In this document: piece by piece, positions 17,644-27,648 of the stretch
Numbering within the stretch: the first letter of the stretch is position 1
How the letters are laid out: each line of letters starts with the position of its first letter
IMG/VR virus record: IMGVR_UViG_3300034095_000063
Span: 1 to 37,590 of that record
Source of the DNA: a virus
Taxonomy: Duplodnaviria; Caudoviricetes
Length of the DNA stretch: 37,590 nucleotides
Strand: one strand, 5' to 3'
Position numbers and translations under genes: made by a program
Notes under the pieces: generated by a model
The model's input: only the letters and a program-made list of their open reading frames with translations
The model's database searches: none
What the model was told of the DNA's origin: nothing

Positions 17644-18285
17644 TTGACATACTTAGAATGTGTAAATAGAGTTTTAAGACGACTTCGTGAGAATGAGGTT
17701 ACTACTGTCAATGAAACTCCATACTCCAAACTAATAGGAGATTTAGTTAATGTAGTGAAAGTAGAGGTAGAAGACTCATGGGATTGGTCTGCTCTTCGTA
17801 CAACACTTACAGCAACTACTACTGCTACTTTATTTAACTATGTATTAACTGGTTCAGGTACTCGTCTTCGTGTTCTTGATATCATTAATGATACAGATAA
17901 CTTTTTTATTGAGCAACGTGGAACTCGTTGGTTTGATGAACAGTTTCTAATTAATGTAGAGCAAGTAGGTTCTCCTTTATACTACAACTTTAATGGTGTA
18001 GATAGTAATGGTGATACTCAAGTAGATTTCTTTCCTATTCCAGATGGTACATATAACATACGTTTAAACGTTATCTTACCTCAAGCAGAACTTGTAGCAG
18101 ACTCAACTCAGATACAAATACCAGCTCTCCTTCTAGTAGAAGGTGCATTAGCTCGTGCTATTAGTGAGCGTGGTGATGATGGTGGTTATGCTGAACAAGA
18201 GCAACGTTATCGTTCTATGGCTTCAGATCTAATTGCTCTTGAGTCTAGTCAACGTCTTGATGAAATGGTTTGGACAGCACAATAA
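17644..18285 (+). CDS. Tail adaptor / tubular protein A-like
   Basis: MTYLECVNRVLRRLRE N-terminus typical of podoviral adaptors; position. Confidence 0.7.
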   Translation: MTYLECVNRVLRRLRENEVTTVNETPYSKLIGDLVNVVKVEVEDSWDWSALRTTLTATTTATLFNYVLTGSGTRLRVLDIINDTDNFFIEQRGTRWFDEQFLINVEQVGSPLYYNFNGVDSNGDTQVDFFPIPDGTYNIRLNVILPQAELVADSTQIQIPALLLVEGALARAISERGDDGGYAEQEQRYRSMASDLIALESSQRLDEMVWTAQ

Positions 18286-19874
18286 TGGCAGGTCAATTAA
18301 AAGCTCTTAGCAATGCGTCACTTGGCTTTCTTGGGTTAAACACTCAAGAGAGTGGTGTGACATTAGAGAGTGGGTATGCCACTAAAGCTACTAACTGTAT
18401 CATAGATAAGTTTGGTCGTTTAGGTAGTCGTAGAGGTTGGACTGCTGTTACTACAAACAATGGTACACTAGGTGATACAGATAAGATAGAAGCTCTATAT
18501 GAGTTCTTTAATTCTGATCAAACAACTACCTTCTTATCTGCTGGTGCACTTAAGTTATTCTCGGGCACTACTACTCTTACAGAGATGCCTGTTAAACAAG
18601 CAGATCAAACTACAAACCTAACTATTACTTTTACTGGTAATAGATGGCAGTTCTCTCAACTACAAGAGGGAGCAGGTTATGGTAGTTCTATATATGGCTT
18701 TGCTGCACAGAAGGGTAATCCTCTTTTAGTGTATCGTAAAACAAATCATACTGGAGCTTACATATTCCAACGAGTAGGTGATTATGGTACTAAACCTACA
18801 GGTGTAACTACCTTTGATCCAGATTGCACTCATACTGCATTTGGTCGTCAATGGGTAGCAGGTGTAACTGGAGCCAAGACTACTGTATTCTATAGTCAGT
18901 TATTAGATGGTGCTTTATTTACAGGTACAGGTTCAGGACTACTAGATATAGAGACTGTTGTTGGTGGTAGTGATGAGATTGTTGCTATATCTTCACACAA
19001 TGGCTTTCTTATTATATTCTGTCAAAAGAGTATAGTTGTTTATGCAAATCCAGATGATCCTTCTAATCTTACTCTATCTGATGTAATTACTGGTGTTGGT
19101 TGTATTGCTCGAGACACTGTTCAACAAACAGGCACTGATTTAATATTCCTTAGTCATAGTGGTATTCGTAGTTTAAATCGAGTAGTACAAGACAAGAGTA
19201 TGCCTATGCGTGACTTGTCTATGAACATTCGAGATGACTTAGTTACATATGTTGGTGGTGAAGTATTAGATAATATTAAGAGTGTTTACTTTGAGAGAGA
19301 TGCTTTCTATCTCTTAGTACTCCCTTCTCTAAAACAATCTTTTTACTTTGACTTGCGTCAAACATTAGATAATGGTGCTGCTCGTGTAACTACATGGGAA
19401 GGCTTTATACCATCATCACTTTGTAATACTAAAGACAATAATCTATATCTAGGAATGCCTGGACGTATTGGTAAATATACTGGGTATACAGATAATGGTA
19501 GTACATATCGTTTAGAGTACTACACTTCTAACATTGATGCTGGTGAACCATTTAGTCTTAAGTTCTTAAAGAAAGCAAGTGTAGTTGTAATTGCTTCAGG
19601 TACTCAAGATATTGTATTTAAATATGGGTTTGACTATCAAAATGTATACTCAAGTAGAACGTACACAAAAGACTTTGTAGGTGGTACAGCTGAGTATAAT
19701 ATCTCTGAATATAATATAGGTGAGTTTACTGCTGGTAGTGCTATTCAAGATATTACTATGCACCTAGGCGGTTCAGGTAAAATATTACAATTTGGTGTTG
19801 AAGTTCCAATTGAAGGTGCACCAGTTAGCTTACAACAACTAACAATCTATTTGAAAACAGGGAAAATGGTATAA
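18285..19874 (+). CDS. Tail nozzle / tubular protein B-like
   Basis: Beta-rich ~530 aa with GLNTQ and GVGCIARDT motifs; follows the adaptor. Confidence 0.7.
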   Translation: MAGQLKALSNASLGFLGLNTQESGVTLESGYATKATNCIIDKFGRLGSRRGWTAVTTNNGTLGDTDKIEALYEFFNSDQTTTFLSAGALKLFSGTTTLTEMPVKQADQTTNLTITFTGNRWQFSQLQEGAGYGSSIYGFAAQKGNPLLVYRKTNHTGAYIFQRVGDYGTKPTGVTTFDPDCTHTAFGRQWVAGVTGAKTTVFYSQLLDGALFTGTGSGLLDIETVVGGSDEIVAISSHNGFLIIFCQKSIVVYANPDDPSNLTLSDVITGVGCIARDTVQQTGTDLIFLSHSGIRSLNRVVQDKSMPMRDLSMNIRDDLVTYVGGEVLDNIKSVYFERDAFYLLVLPSLKQSFYFDLRQTLDNGAARVTTWEGFIPSSLCNTKDNNLYLGMPGRIGKYTGYTDNGSTYRLEYYTSNIDAGEPFSLKFLKKASVVVIASGTQDIVFKYGFDYQNVYSSRTYTKDFVGGTAEYNISEYNIGEFTAGSAIQDITMHLGGSGKILQFGVEVPIEGAPVSLQQLTIYLKTGKMV

Positions 19875-20635
19875 TGGCAAACTACGTCAAAGCAACGAAC
19901 TTCTTTACAAAGGATGCCTTGCTTACAGGTAATCCTAATAAGATTATTAAAGGTAGTGAGATTGATGCTGAGTATAATGCTATTGCAACAGCTATAGCTA
20001 GTAAAGCAGATACGACCTCTCCTACATTTACAGGGACACCTATTGCTCCAACAGCTACCGCTGGGAATAATTCAACACAGATAGCAACTACAGCTTATGT
20101 GGCGACTGCTATAGGTACTCCAGGAACAATGGCAGCACAGAATGCTAATGCTGTAGCAATTACTGGTGGTACTGTTGCTGGTGTAACTGTTGCTGGAACT
20201 TTTACTGGAAACATTACAGGAAATGTCACAGGAAATGCAACTGGTTCTTCAGGTTCTTGTACAGGCAATGCAGCTACAGCTACAAAGTTATCAACTGCAA
20301 GTGGTTCAGCACCATCATATTCAGCTAGGGCATGGGTTAATTTTAACGGAACTGGTACAGTAGCAATTAGAGCAAGCGGTAATGTTAGTTCTATTACAGA
20401 TAATGGTACAGGCGATTATACTGTTAATTTTACAACAGCAATGCCTGATGCAAATTATGCAATGGTATCTAGTGGCGGAGGAGATGCAGCCGATAATAGA
20501 CCAGACCCAATTGGAACAAATACAACAACAGCCCCTACTGCTAATGCAATCAGATTAATACAATGGTACATGACTGCAACAACACACCAAGGTCCACAAG
20601 ATGGTACTTGGAATAATATAGTAATTTTAAGATAA
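19874..20635 (+). CDS. Short tail fibre
   Basis: SPTFTGTPIAPTA...STQIATTAYV fibre motif; C-terminal AWVNFNG domain shared with the long fibre. Confidence 0.75.
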   Translation: MANYVKATNFFTKDALLTGNPNKIIKGSEIDAEYNAIATAIASKADTTSPTFTGTPIAPTATAGNNSTQIATTAYVATAIGTPGTMAAQNANAVAITGGTVAGVTVAGTFTGNITGNVTGNATGSSGSCTGNAATATKLSTASGSAPSYSARAWVNFNGTGTVAIRASGNVSSITDNGTGDYTVNFTTAMPDANYAMVSSGGGDAADNRPDPIGTNTTTAPTANAIRLIQWYMTATTHQGPQDGTWNNIVILR

Positions 20636-20644
20636 GGAAAAATT

Positions 20645-20839
20645 ATGAAAAGAATTATATATAAAACAGCAGATGGTGGAGTAGCGGTAATCGTTCCTAC
20701 ACCTGAGTATTTAGAAACACATACAATAGAAGAACTAGCAGCCAAAGATGTACCTGCTGGTGCAGAATTTCAAATTGTAGATGTATCTGATATTCCAGAA
20801 GACAGAACATTCCGTAACGCTTGGGAGTATGCAGCATGA
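20645..20839 (+). CDS. Hypothetical protein (fibre-associated)
   Basis: KDVPAG...IPEDRTFRNAW; SD AAGGA; follows the fibre. Confidence 0.7.
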   Translation: MKRIIYKTADGGVAVIVPTPEYLETHTIEELAAKDVPAGAEFQIVDVSDIPEDRTFRNAWEYAA

Positions 20840-21063
20840 TTACAGTTAATATAAATAAAGCTAAAGAAATTACTAAGGCAAGGTTGCGTATAGAACGTGA
20901 GCCGTTACTTGTTGCACAAGATGTAGCATTTCAACGTGCATTAGAAAGTGGTGCGGATACTGCTGGTATTGTAGCTGAAAAACAACGCTTGCGTGATATT
21001 ACTAAAGTAGTGGATACCTTAACAACAGTAGATGAATTAAAAACAATTACAGTTAATTCATAA
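20836..21063 (+). CDS. Tail fibre assembly chaperone-like protein
   Basis: R.ER.PLL...D...KQRLRDIT pattern; ATGA overlap. Confidence 0.65.
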   Translation: MITVNINKAKEITKARLRIEREPLLVAQDVAFQRALESGADTAGIVAEKQRLRDITKVVDTLTTVDELKTITVNS

Positions 21064-21080
21064 ATAAAAGGTAAAAGAAA

Positions 21081-22073
21081 ATGGGATTACTTAAATCAAT
21101 AGGTAAGATAGCTCAAGTTGCTGGTACAGTTACAGGGCAACCTTGGCTTACTGCTGCTGGTAGTGTAGCTGGTTCACTTGATAGTGGAGGTGGTGGTGGC
21201 GGTGGAGGTAGTGCTACTTCAGCACAAGCACCTGGATTTGTTCCTTATGGAGTAACTACTGGTTTTGGTACCTCTAAAATAGATGCAACTAACAAAACTG
21301 CAACTTATTCTCTAGATCCTAGACTACAGTCTTTTAGAGATAGAATGTATGGAGGAGCTACTGCTGCCTTAGACTCTGCTGATCCTGCGTATGCTTATCA
21401 GAATATAAACTATGCTAAAGGTTTATTTGGTGAAGCTACGAATATGGATATTGGGTCTATGACTCAAGACTATTTAAATAGTCAAATAGCTTTATTAAAT
21501 CCAGCTCGTGAAGCTGAGTCTAGTCGTTTAAATGATTTAATGTTTAGTAAAGGTACTCTTGGTGCTGGTGTTGGTATGGAGGGTGGCTATGTGAATCCTC
21601 AACAGTTTGCTTTAGCTAAGGCTCGTGAACAAGAGAATAGTAGACTTGCTGTAGCATCTGAAGACAGAGCTCGTGCAATTCAAGGTGAAACTCTACAAAG
21701 AGCTAACGCTATGTATGGTCTAGGTCAAAGCTACTTAACTCAACCGTATGATACAGCTAATACTCTATTTGGTATGGGTACTAATATTGAGAGTCTAGGT
21801 GCTAACTCTATGGCTCTAGGTTTGAACATGGGTAGTACTGCAGGTCAGTTGAATAATGAAGCTTCTCGATACAATGCAGCTATTAACCAACAAAACTGGG
21901 GTAATCAACTATATAATCAAGCTACTAATAGAGATACTTGGAGTGGTGCTTTAGATCAAATAGGAACTGTAGACTGGGGTAAGATCTGGGGAAGAACTCC
22001 AGACTTTAATCCAATGGCTGATTCCTCATCTTTTGATTCCTTTAATAATTCTAACTATGAGAGACCTGCATAA
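21081..22073 (+). CDS. Probable internal virion / DNA ejection protein
   Basis: Gly/Ala/Gln/Asn-rich; position after the tail genes. Confidence 0.6.
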   Translation: MGLLKSIGKIAQVAGTVTGQPWLTAAGSVAGSLDSGGGGGGGGSATSAQAPGFVPYGVTTGFGTSKIDATNKTATYSLDPRLQSFRDRMYGGATAALDSADPAYAYQNINYAKGLFGEATNMDIGSMTQDYLNSQIALLNPAREAESSRLNDLMFSKGTLGAGVGMEGGYVNPQQFALAKAREQENSRLAVASEDRARAIQGETLQRANAMYGLGQSYLTQPYDTANTLFGMGTNIESLGANSMALGLNMGSTAGQLNNEASRYNAAINQQNWGNQLYNQATNRDTWSGALDQIGTVDWGKIWGRTPDFNPMADSSSFDSFNNSNYERPA

Positions 22074-22075
22074 TT

Positions 22076-23932
22076 ATGGCACAAGCTAATCAATTAATGC
22101 CTGGAGAATGGGACAATGTATTTGGTCCTTCTGCAGCAAATCTTAGTAAGACACAGGATCAAGCATTTGAGGATAAGACTCGTCTAAATGCTCAGTTAGA
22201 TCCTATGGCTTTAAACTACAACTCTCGTGTAAACATGGGTAGACGTATAGGTAAAAGTATTAATACTCTATTTGGTGGTCAGTCTACTGATCCTGCTCTA
22301 CGCAAAGCTGAGATTATAGATCAAATATTTAAAACTCTTTCTCCAGAAGAATTAAAGAATCCTGCACAGGCTCTTAGTACTATTGCTGATCGTTTAGAAG
22401 AGCAAGGTTATCCTAGAGATGCAGCAGAAGCTCGTATGAAGTCTACTGAAATTGCTCAACAAACAATGATAAATGAGGACACAGTTAAGACTTCAGGTAT
22501 CAAAAGACAACAAGCAGTGCTAGAACGTATAGCTCAAGGTGCTAATGGTATCTTGGGTATGTATGATCAAGTAGGTCCTGAGTTACAAGATCAACTTTAC
22601 AATCAGCAAGTAGATATGATTGAGAAAGAAGTAGGGGTAGAGGCAGCAAATCAACTGCGTAATGTTAAGCCTACTGAACGAAGAGCTATGCTTAAGAAGA
22701 TGGTAGATGAAGCTGATAAAGAGTCTTCTAGAAGTAAAGAAACTATAGCAAATGAAAAGATAGCTGCTTCTCAAAAAGCATATGAATTTAAAGCAGGTGT
22801 TGCAAAAGCAATGCAGACAGAGAAAGAGAATAATAGATTTATTCTACAAGCTAATAATCTTAAATTTAAAGCTAGTGAAGTTTTCTTAGAGAATCTAGGT
22901 GATAGAATTGGAGCAACTGATGATGCTCTTAAGAATCAAGCTGATTTATTAGCTATGTACAGTGATCCTATGAAGACTCCTACACTATCTGAGTCTGAGA
23001 GAACTATTGCTGTTAATCAAATCACTCAGAACATGAAGACTCTTGAGGCTACTAAAGGCAAGCTAAATGCTATGCAAGGTAGTGCTGGACAAGCTATTCA
23101 AAACCCTGTACTTGCTGGTCCTGGAAGTACTGTAGCAGCTACTGCTATTCCAGGGGGAACTGCTCCTGCAGCTACTCAAGCTGCTCCTGCAAAGACTCAA
23201 GCTAAAACTACAGCAGAGAATGATGATTATATTCAGGCAGAGACAGCTGCAAAACTATATCCTGCAGATGCTGCTCGTATTTGGGCAGAGTATGATAAAG
23301 ATCATCCAGGAGTTAGAGGTGCTACTACTAAACCTGCAGCTCCTGCCGCTGAAACTAAACCTAAACTATCTGTAGAAGAGCAGAAGAAAGTTGACTTTGA
23401 AGCTGCATTCTTAGCTAAGTTGAATCAAGAATCTGATTATCAGAAGATAGCTAATGCAGGTAAAGCTATATTAAAACCTTTACAAGACTTTTGGGTTAAG
23501 TATGAGAATGATGTTAAAGCTCAAGGTGAGTTAATAGATGCTTTTGCTAAACATGCTAAAGCTAAATTAAATGATAAAGCTTATGTTGCTCAACTATCTC
23601 CTAATGCTAAAGCTAAACTAGAAGAGTTAGCTAATGATTCTAGTGTTAAGTCTATGGAACGTCAACAAGAAGGTACAAAAACTATGTTGGCTTTAGCAGG
23701 TACTGCTCTAACTGCTGGTATATCTACTGTTACTATTAAAGGTCTTCTTAAAATGAGTGCTGCTAAAGCTGCTAAGAATGCTTATAAAACTAGGACTCCT
23801 CTAAAAATAGAAACTAAGATGAAAGGTCTACCTGAGAAAGTTAAGATCTCTCAAGAAAAAGTAGATAGAGCAGCAGGTCTTCGTGAGAAAGAAGATCCAG
23901 CCCTTAGATTTGCAAAACCTTTATTCCAATAA
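22076..23932 (+). CDS. Probable internal virion / DNA ejection protein
   Basis: 618 aa, helical, Ala/Lys/Gln-rich; position. Confidence 0.6.
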   Translation: MAQANQLMPGEWDNVFGPSAANLSKTQDQAFEDKTRLNAQLDPMALNYNSRVNMGRRIGKSINTLFGGQSTDPALRKAEIIDQIFKTLSPEELKNPAQALSTIADRLEEQGYPRDAAEARMKSTEIAQQTMINEDTVKTSGIKRQQAVLERIAQGANGILGMYDQVGPELQDQLYNQQVDMIEKEVGVEAANQLRNVKPTERRAMLKKMVDEADKESSRSKETIANEKIAASQKAYEFKAGVAKAMQTEKENNRFILQANNLKFKASEVFLENLGDRIGATDDALKNQADLLAMYSDPMKTPTLSESERTIAVNQITQNMKTLEATKGKLNAMQGSAGQAIQNPVLAGPGSTVAATAIPGGTAPAATQAAPAKTQAKTTAENDDYIQAETAAKLYPADAARIWAEYDKDHPGVRGATTKPAAPAAETKPKLSVEEQKKVDFEAAFLAKLNQESDYQKIANAGKAILKPLQDFWVKYENDVKAQGELIDAFAKHAKAKLNDKAYVAQLSPNAKAKLEELANDSSVKSMERQQEGTKTMLALAGTALTAGISTVTIKGLLKMSAAKAAKNAYKTRTPLKIETKMKGLPEKVKISQEKVDRAAGLREKEDPALRFAKPLFQ

Positions 23933-23933
23933 T

Positions 23934-24392
23934 ATGTCAGGTAATAAATATCTTATAAAGTTAGGTTTAGCACCTGATCTGAATACCGTCGCTACTCACC
24001 AAGTTGAGAGTGGCGGTAGACAGTTTGATAACTCAGGCAATGTAATTACTTCTAAAGCAGGTGCTCTAGGTATAGCTCAAATTATGCCTACTACTGCTCC
24101 TGAAGCAGCCAAGTTAGCAGGTCTACCTTACAACAAGTATTTACTTAAAGCTAGTCAAGAGTACAACGCTAAACTAGGTGCTGCTTATCTTAAACAAAAG
24201 ATAGCTGACTTTAATGGAGATGTCGAAAAAGGACATGCTGCCTATAATGCAGGTAGTGCTAGAGTATCTAGTGCCATTGAGAAAGCTAAGAGACATGGTG
24301 GATCTTGGAAAAACTATCTTCCAGATGAAACTAAAAACTACATAATTAAAATAGAATTAGCAAAAGAGAATCTTTCAAAAGGAAAGACCTAA
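23934..24392 (+). CDS. Lytic transglycosylase (SLT domain)
   Basis: VESGG, GALGIAQIMPTT, AAYNAG and ETKNYI motifs; probable start ATG 23934. Confidence 0.9.
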   Translation: MSGNKYLIKLGLAPDLNTVATHQVESGGRQFDNSGNVITSKAGALGIAQIMPTTAPEAAKLAGLPYNKYLLKASQEYNAKLGAAYLKQKIADFNGDVEKGHAAYNAGSARVSSAIEKAKRHGGSWKNYLPDETKNYIIKIELAKENLSKGKT

Positions 24393-27337
24393 TGGGTAAT
24401 AAATATTTAGATAGACTTGCAGAACAAGATGCTAAAACTACTACAGGAAATAAGTATATAGATAGACTTGGTATCCAAGAATCTCAATCTCCTCTAGAAA
24501 CTTTTGCAACTCATGCTGCTGCTAATCTTCTTCCCGCTGCTGGTGGTCTAGCTGCAGGCTCTCTTGCAGCCACTGCTGGTGCTCCTATAGCTCTTGCATC
24601 TGGTCCTGCTGCTCCTGTAGTGGAGGCTGGTCTATTTCTAGGTGGTATGTTCCTTGGATCAGAGGGTGTTAGACGAGTACAAGAAGAGTTTCTACCTGAG
24701 AGCTTTAAGAACTATTTAGCTGTTGGTGGTAAAGAGAATAAGTATTCTGCTGTAGCTGGTGATTTAGCTTCTTTTGTTCCTTTTACTAAACTAGGATTAG
24801 TTAAGAAAACACTTGACTCAGGAGAAGTAGTAATTGACAAAGCCACTAACGTAGCCTTAGGTGCTATAGGTGGTGGCATTGATGCTGCTAGTCAGTACAT
24901 ACAGACAGGTGAAGTAGATCCTACACAAGTAGCTATGAATGTGGTAGCTACTCCTTTCATAGGTGGTAAAGGTTTAAGTAAAGTAGGTCAAGCTATCTCT
25001 GCTAAACCTAAAGAAACTACTACTATTAAAGATGAAGTTGAAACTCAGAATCAACAAGTAGAGCAAGACACTTGGAGAGCTCAGAATCTTATTGATCTAA
25101 GGAAGATTGAGGCAGATAACTACGAGACTATTCTTAGAAAAGAAGTTATATCTAACATGCCTAAAGATAGGGTTACTCCTGAGTTAGAGAAAGAGACTTT
25201 TGCTGAGTTATTCTCAGCGTCTGGTAGAAATGCTGAAGGTGGTAAAGCTCCTACTATTATTATGACTGATGCAGAAGTTCCAGCATTCCGTGGTAACATG
25301 GAAGGTAGATGGCAAAAGCATGAAGTTAAAATACAAGAAGCAAGACAAAAGCTTGCTGATCCTACTTTAAGAGAAGGACAAAGATTAGGTCTAGAGTCTG
25401 AGATAGAAGGTAGACTAAGAAGTCAAGAGAATATTAAATATATTTTAGAGAAGCAAGAACGCTTTGGTTCTACTGAATATCTACTTCCTATTCTAGAGAA
25501 AGTTAGAAACACATATGATGAATTAGGTATAAAAGCTAGAGATGCTGGCGTAATTAAGGGTATGTTGTATAACTACGTACCTCTTATGGTAGATAAATCT
25601 CAAAGTAAAATGTCTGAAGAAGGACTAGCATCTGCTTTAGAAGGTTTCTATAAGTTAAAAGATGCTTCTTTCAAAACAGATTCCTCTATGGAACGGGCAT
25701 TTAATACTGCAAATGAGTTGCAAGAGTATCTAAATACTATAGATCCTACACTATATGTTCACAGAGACATAGGCACTGTAACAAATGCTTATATGACTTC
25801 TATGAATAAAGCAATTGCTCAGAAAGAGTTGATAGATCAGTTAAAGAATACTAATCTTCTTACAGGTACTAAAGATCCAATTATATCAACAGATCCTGCA
25901 TTTGCTGTTAGAAATAAGTATGTAGCTTATAATAGTCGTGGGGCTAGTCAAATGGAAGGTGCATTTGTACATCCAGACTATGCTCCTATACTTGATACTA
26001 TGTTCCAACGTAATGACATTGGAGCTATCAAGAATGCATTAGTTCAAACAGCTATGCTTACTAAGGCTCTTAACGTAGCAGGTTCTCTATTCCATGCTCC
26101 ATCTCTTGGTTGGGCTATGGCTGGTGCATCTCCTAAGTTAGCCTTTAAAGAGATTATCACAGCAGGTAGTGGTATTCGTAAGGCAGTAAATGACCTTAAG
26201 AAAGGAGAGATGTCTGAGTATACAGAGTTAGCCATAAAGACAGGTACTAAGATTGGTACAGAAGACGTACAGAGATCTATTGTGTCTGACTTGGGTGCTT
26301 ATGTAGACAAGAAGATCTTTGGTAATGCTAGTGTTTTAAAGAGACTTACTAATCCTATAGATAAGTTTATTCTACAAAAGATGAATACCTTTACTTGGGA
26401 CTACATGCATACTGGTGGTAAATTAGTTCTATTTAAAGATCTAATGACTAAGGCAGAAAAGAATCTTACAGAAGTTCCAGGTACTGCTGCTTATAATGAA
26501 GCTAGATTTAAGTTAGCAGAGCGTATCTCTAACTCAGTGAATCACACTATGGGTGGGTTGCAGTGGTTGCAAGCTGCTGCTTCTATTAAGAATAAAACTA
26601 CTAAACAGTTAGCAATCCACGGTGCAGGTATAGAAAGTAGAGCTTGGGCTCAAGTAGCTATGTTTGCTCCTGACTGGACAGTTTCTACTCTAGGTTCTTT
26701 CCTTAAAGGTATGCCTGATAAGATTAATCCTGCTAAGTGGGATGTTAAAGCAGGTGTTAAGGGTATAATGAAACCTATGAATGAGGCTGACTTGTCTCGT
26801 AGGTATATGATTAATACTGGTTTACTATATTTAACTATTCTAGATGCAATTAACTTAGGTACTTCTGGTCAACACATCTGGCAGAATGAAGATCCAACTC
26901 GTATTCAGCATGCTGATGGTACTACTCAACAGTTAGCTAAACACTCTATGGAAGCTGTACACTGGTTGATGGATCCAGCTAAGACCTTGAAGAATAAATT
27001 GGGCTTCTTTCCTAAAGCTGGACTTGCTTTCTTAGATGATCAAGGTGGAAATTACTTAGAGAGGGCTGGAACAGTTGCTAAGTTAGCTGCACCGTTCTCT
27101 GTTGGTTCTGCTTTACAAGCTCCAGAAGGAGAAGCAGCATGGAGAGCGTTTATGTCTGCTGCTGGATTCCCAATCTATGGTAAACCTCTTTCTTATTTAA
27201 GAGATCCTAATGATGTTCTTAAAGAGAAAATGGAAAGAAAAGCAGTAAGACAAGAGAATCAGATGGAAAAAGTAGAAGAAATACGAAGGAAGGCAGAAAC
27301 TAGTGAATTACGTGGATTATTTAGTGAGTATCTCTAA
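24392..27337 (+). CDS. Large internal virion / ejection protein
   Basis: 981 aa, last gene of the + arm; hydrophobic Gly/Ala N-terminal region. Confidence 0.6.
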   Translation: MGNKYLDRLAEQDAKTTTGNKYIDRLGIQESQSPLETFATHAAANLLPAAGGLAAGSLAATAGAPIALASGPAAPVVEAGLFLGGMFLGSEGVRRVQEEFLPESFKNYLAVGGKENKYSAVAGDLASFVPFTKLGLVKKTLDSGEVVIDKATNVALGAIGGGIDAASQYIQTGEVDPTQVAMNVVATPFIGGKGLSKVGQAISAKPKETTTIKDEVETQNQQVEQDTWRAQNLIDLRKIEADNYETILRKEVISNMPKDRVTPELEKETFAELFSASGRNAEGGKAPTIIMTDAEVPAFRGNMEGRWQKHEVKIQEARQKLADPTLREGQRLGLESEIEGRLRSQENIKYILEKQERFGSTEYLLPILEKVRNTYDELGIKARDAGVIKGMLYNYVPLMVDKSQSKMSEEGLASALEGFYKLKDASFKTDSSMERAFNTANELQEYLNTIDPTLYVHRDIGTVTNAYMTSMNKAIAQKELIDQLKNTNLLTGTKDPIISTDPAFAVRNKYVAYNSRGASQMEGAFVHPDYAPILDTMFQRNDIGAIKNALVQTAMLTKALNVAGSLFHAPSLGWAMAGASPKLAFKEIITAGSGIRKAVNDLKKGEMSEYTELAIKTGTKIGTEDVQRSIVSDLGAYVDKKIFGNASVLKRLTNPIDKFILQKMNTFTWDYMHTGGKLVLFKDLMTKAEKNLTEVPGTAAYNEARFKLAERISNSVNHTMGGLQWLQAAASIKNKTTKQLAIHGAGIESRAWAQVAMFAPDWTVSTLGSFLKGMPDKINPAKWDVKAGVKGIMKPMNEADLSRRYMINTGLLYLTILDAINLGTSGQHIWQNEDPTRIQHADGTTQQLAKHSMEAVHWLMDPAKTLKNKLGFFPKAGLAFLDDQGGNYLERAGTVAKLAAPFSVGSALQAPEGEAAWRAFMSAAGFPIYGKPLSYLRDPNDVLKEKMERKAVRQENQMEKVEEIRRKAETSELRGLFSEYL

Positions 27338-27346
27338 AAATGACCT

Positions 27347-27431
27347 CTAGAATCGAGCTACAACGCTTTTAAATTATAGGTTGATGTACTTGTATCAAAA
27401 TATAGTCTAAACTCGTTGTAGCCCCTTCTAG
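27347..27431. terminator. Long imperfect hairpin where the two arms converge (bidirectional terminator or processing-site candidate)
   Basis: CTAGAA/TTCTAG and GCTACAACG/CGTTGTAGC arms plus inner TATA/TATA and TGAT/ATCA pairing. Confidence 0.55.
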
Positions 27432-27453
27432 TAGTGTCTATGACGATTTGACC

Positions 27454-27525
27454 CTATTTGTTCATTACGTACATAGTAACTTCAAAGCCAAAGCGCATTT
27501 CTGTTGCTGATGGTGATTTCCACAT
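27454..27525 (-). CDS. pqqA: PQQ precursor peptide PqqA (23 aa)
   Basis: MWKSPSATEMRFGFEVTMYVMNK*: W..P....R.GFEVTMY with the E-x3-Y core; SD AAGGAG 6 nt upstream. Confidence 0.93.
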   Translation of the reverse strand: MWKSPSATEMRFGFEVTMYVMNK

Positions 27526-27620
27526 AACATACTCCTTAATATATACTACACAAAATAGTTTGTCTGTAATATTTATTGATTTATTACACACAAAATAGCA
27601 TAAACTTATACTATACTAGT

Positions 27621-27648
27621 ATTATAGCATAGTATAAGCTTTTTGCAC
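27621..27648 (-). promoter_or_regulatory. Candidate promoter for pqqA
   Basis: Extended -10 TGcTATAAT with a weak -35 (GTGCAA, 16 nt); the -10 lies within a 10-bp inverted repeat (27605-27614 / 27629-27638). Confidence 0.55.

Noticed and set aside
15940-20460. Diversity-generating retroelement TR/VR pair
   Set aside because: No reverse transcriptase; both copies are coding and differences are mostly synonymous, not adenine-specific
27541-27600. CRISPR-like mini-array
   Set aside because: Only two 11-bp repeats and no cas genes
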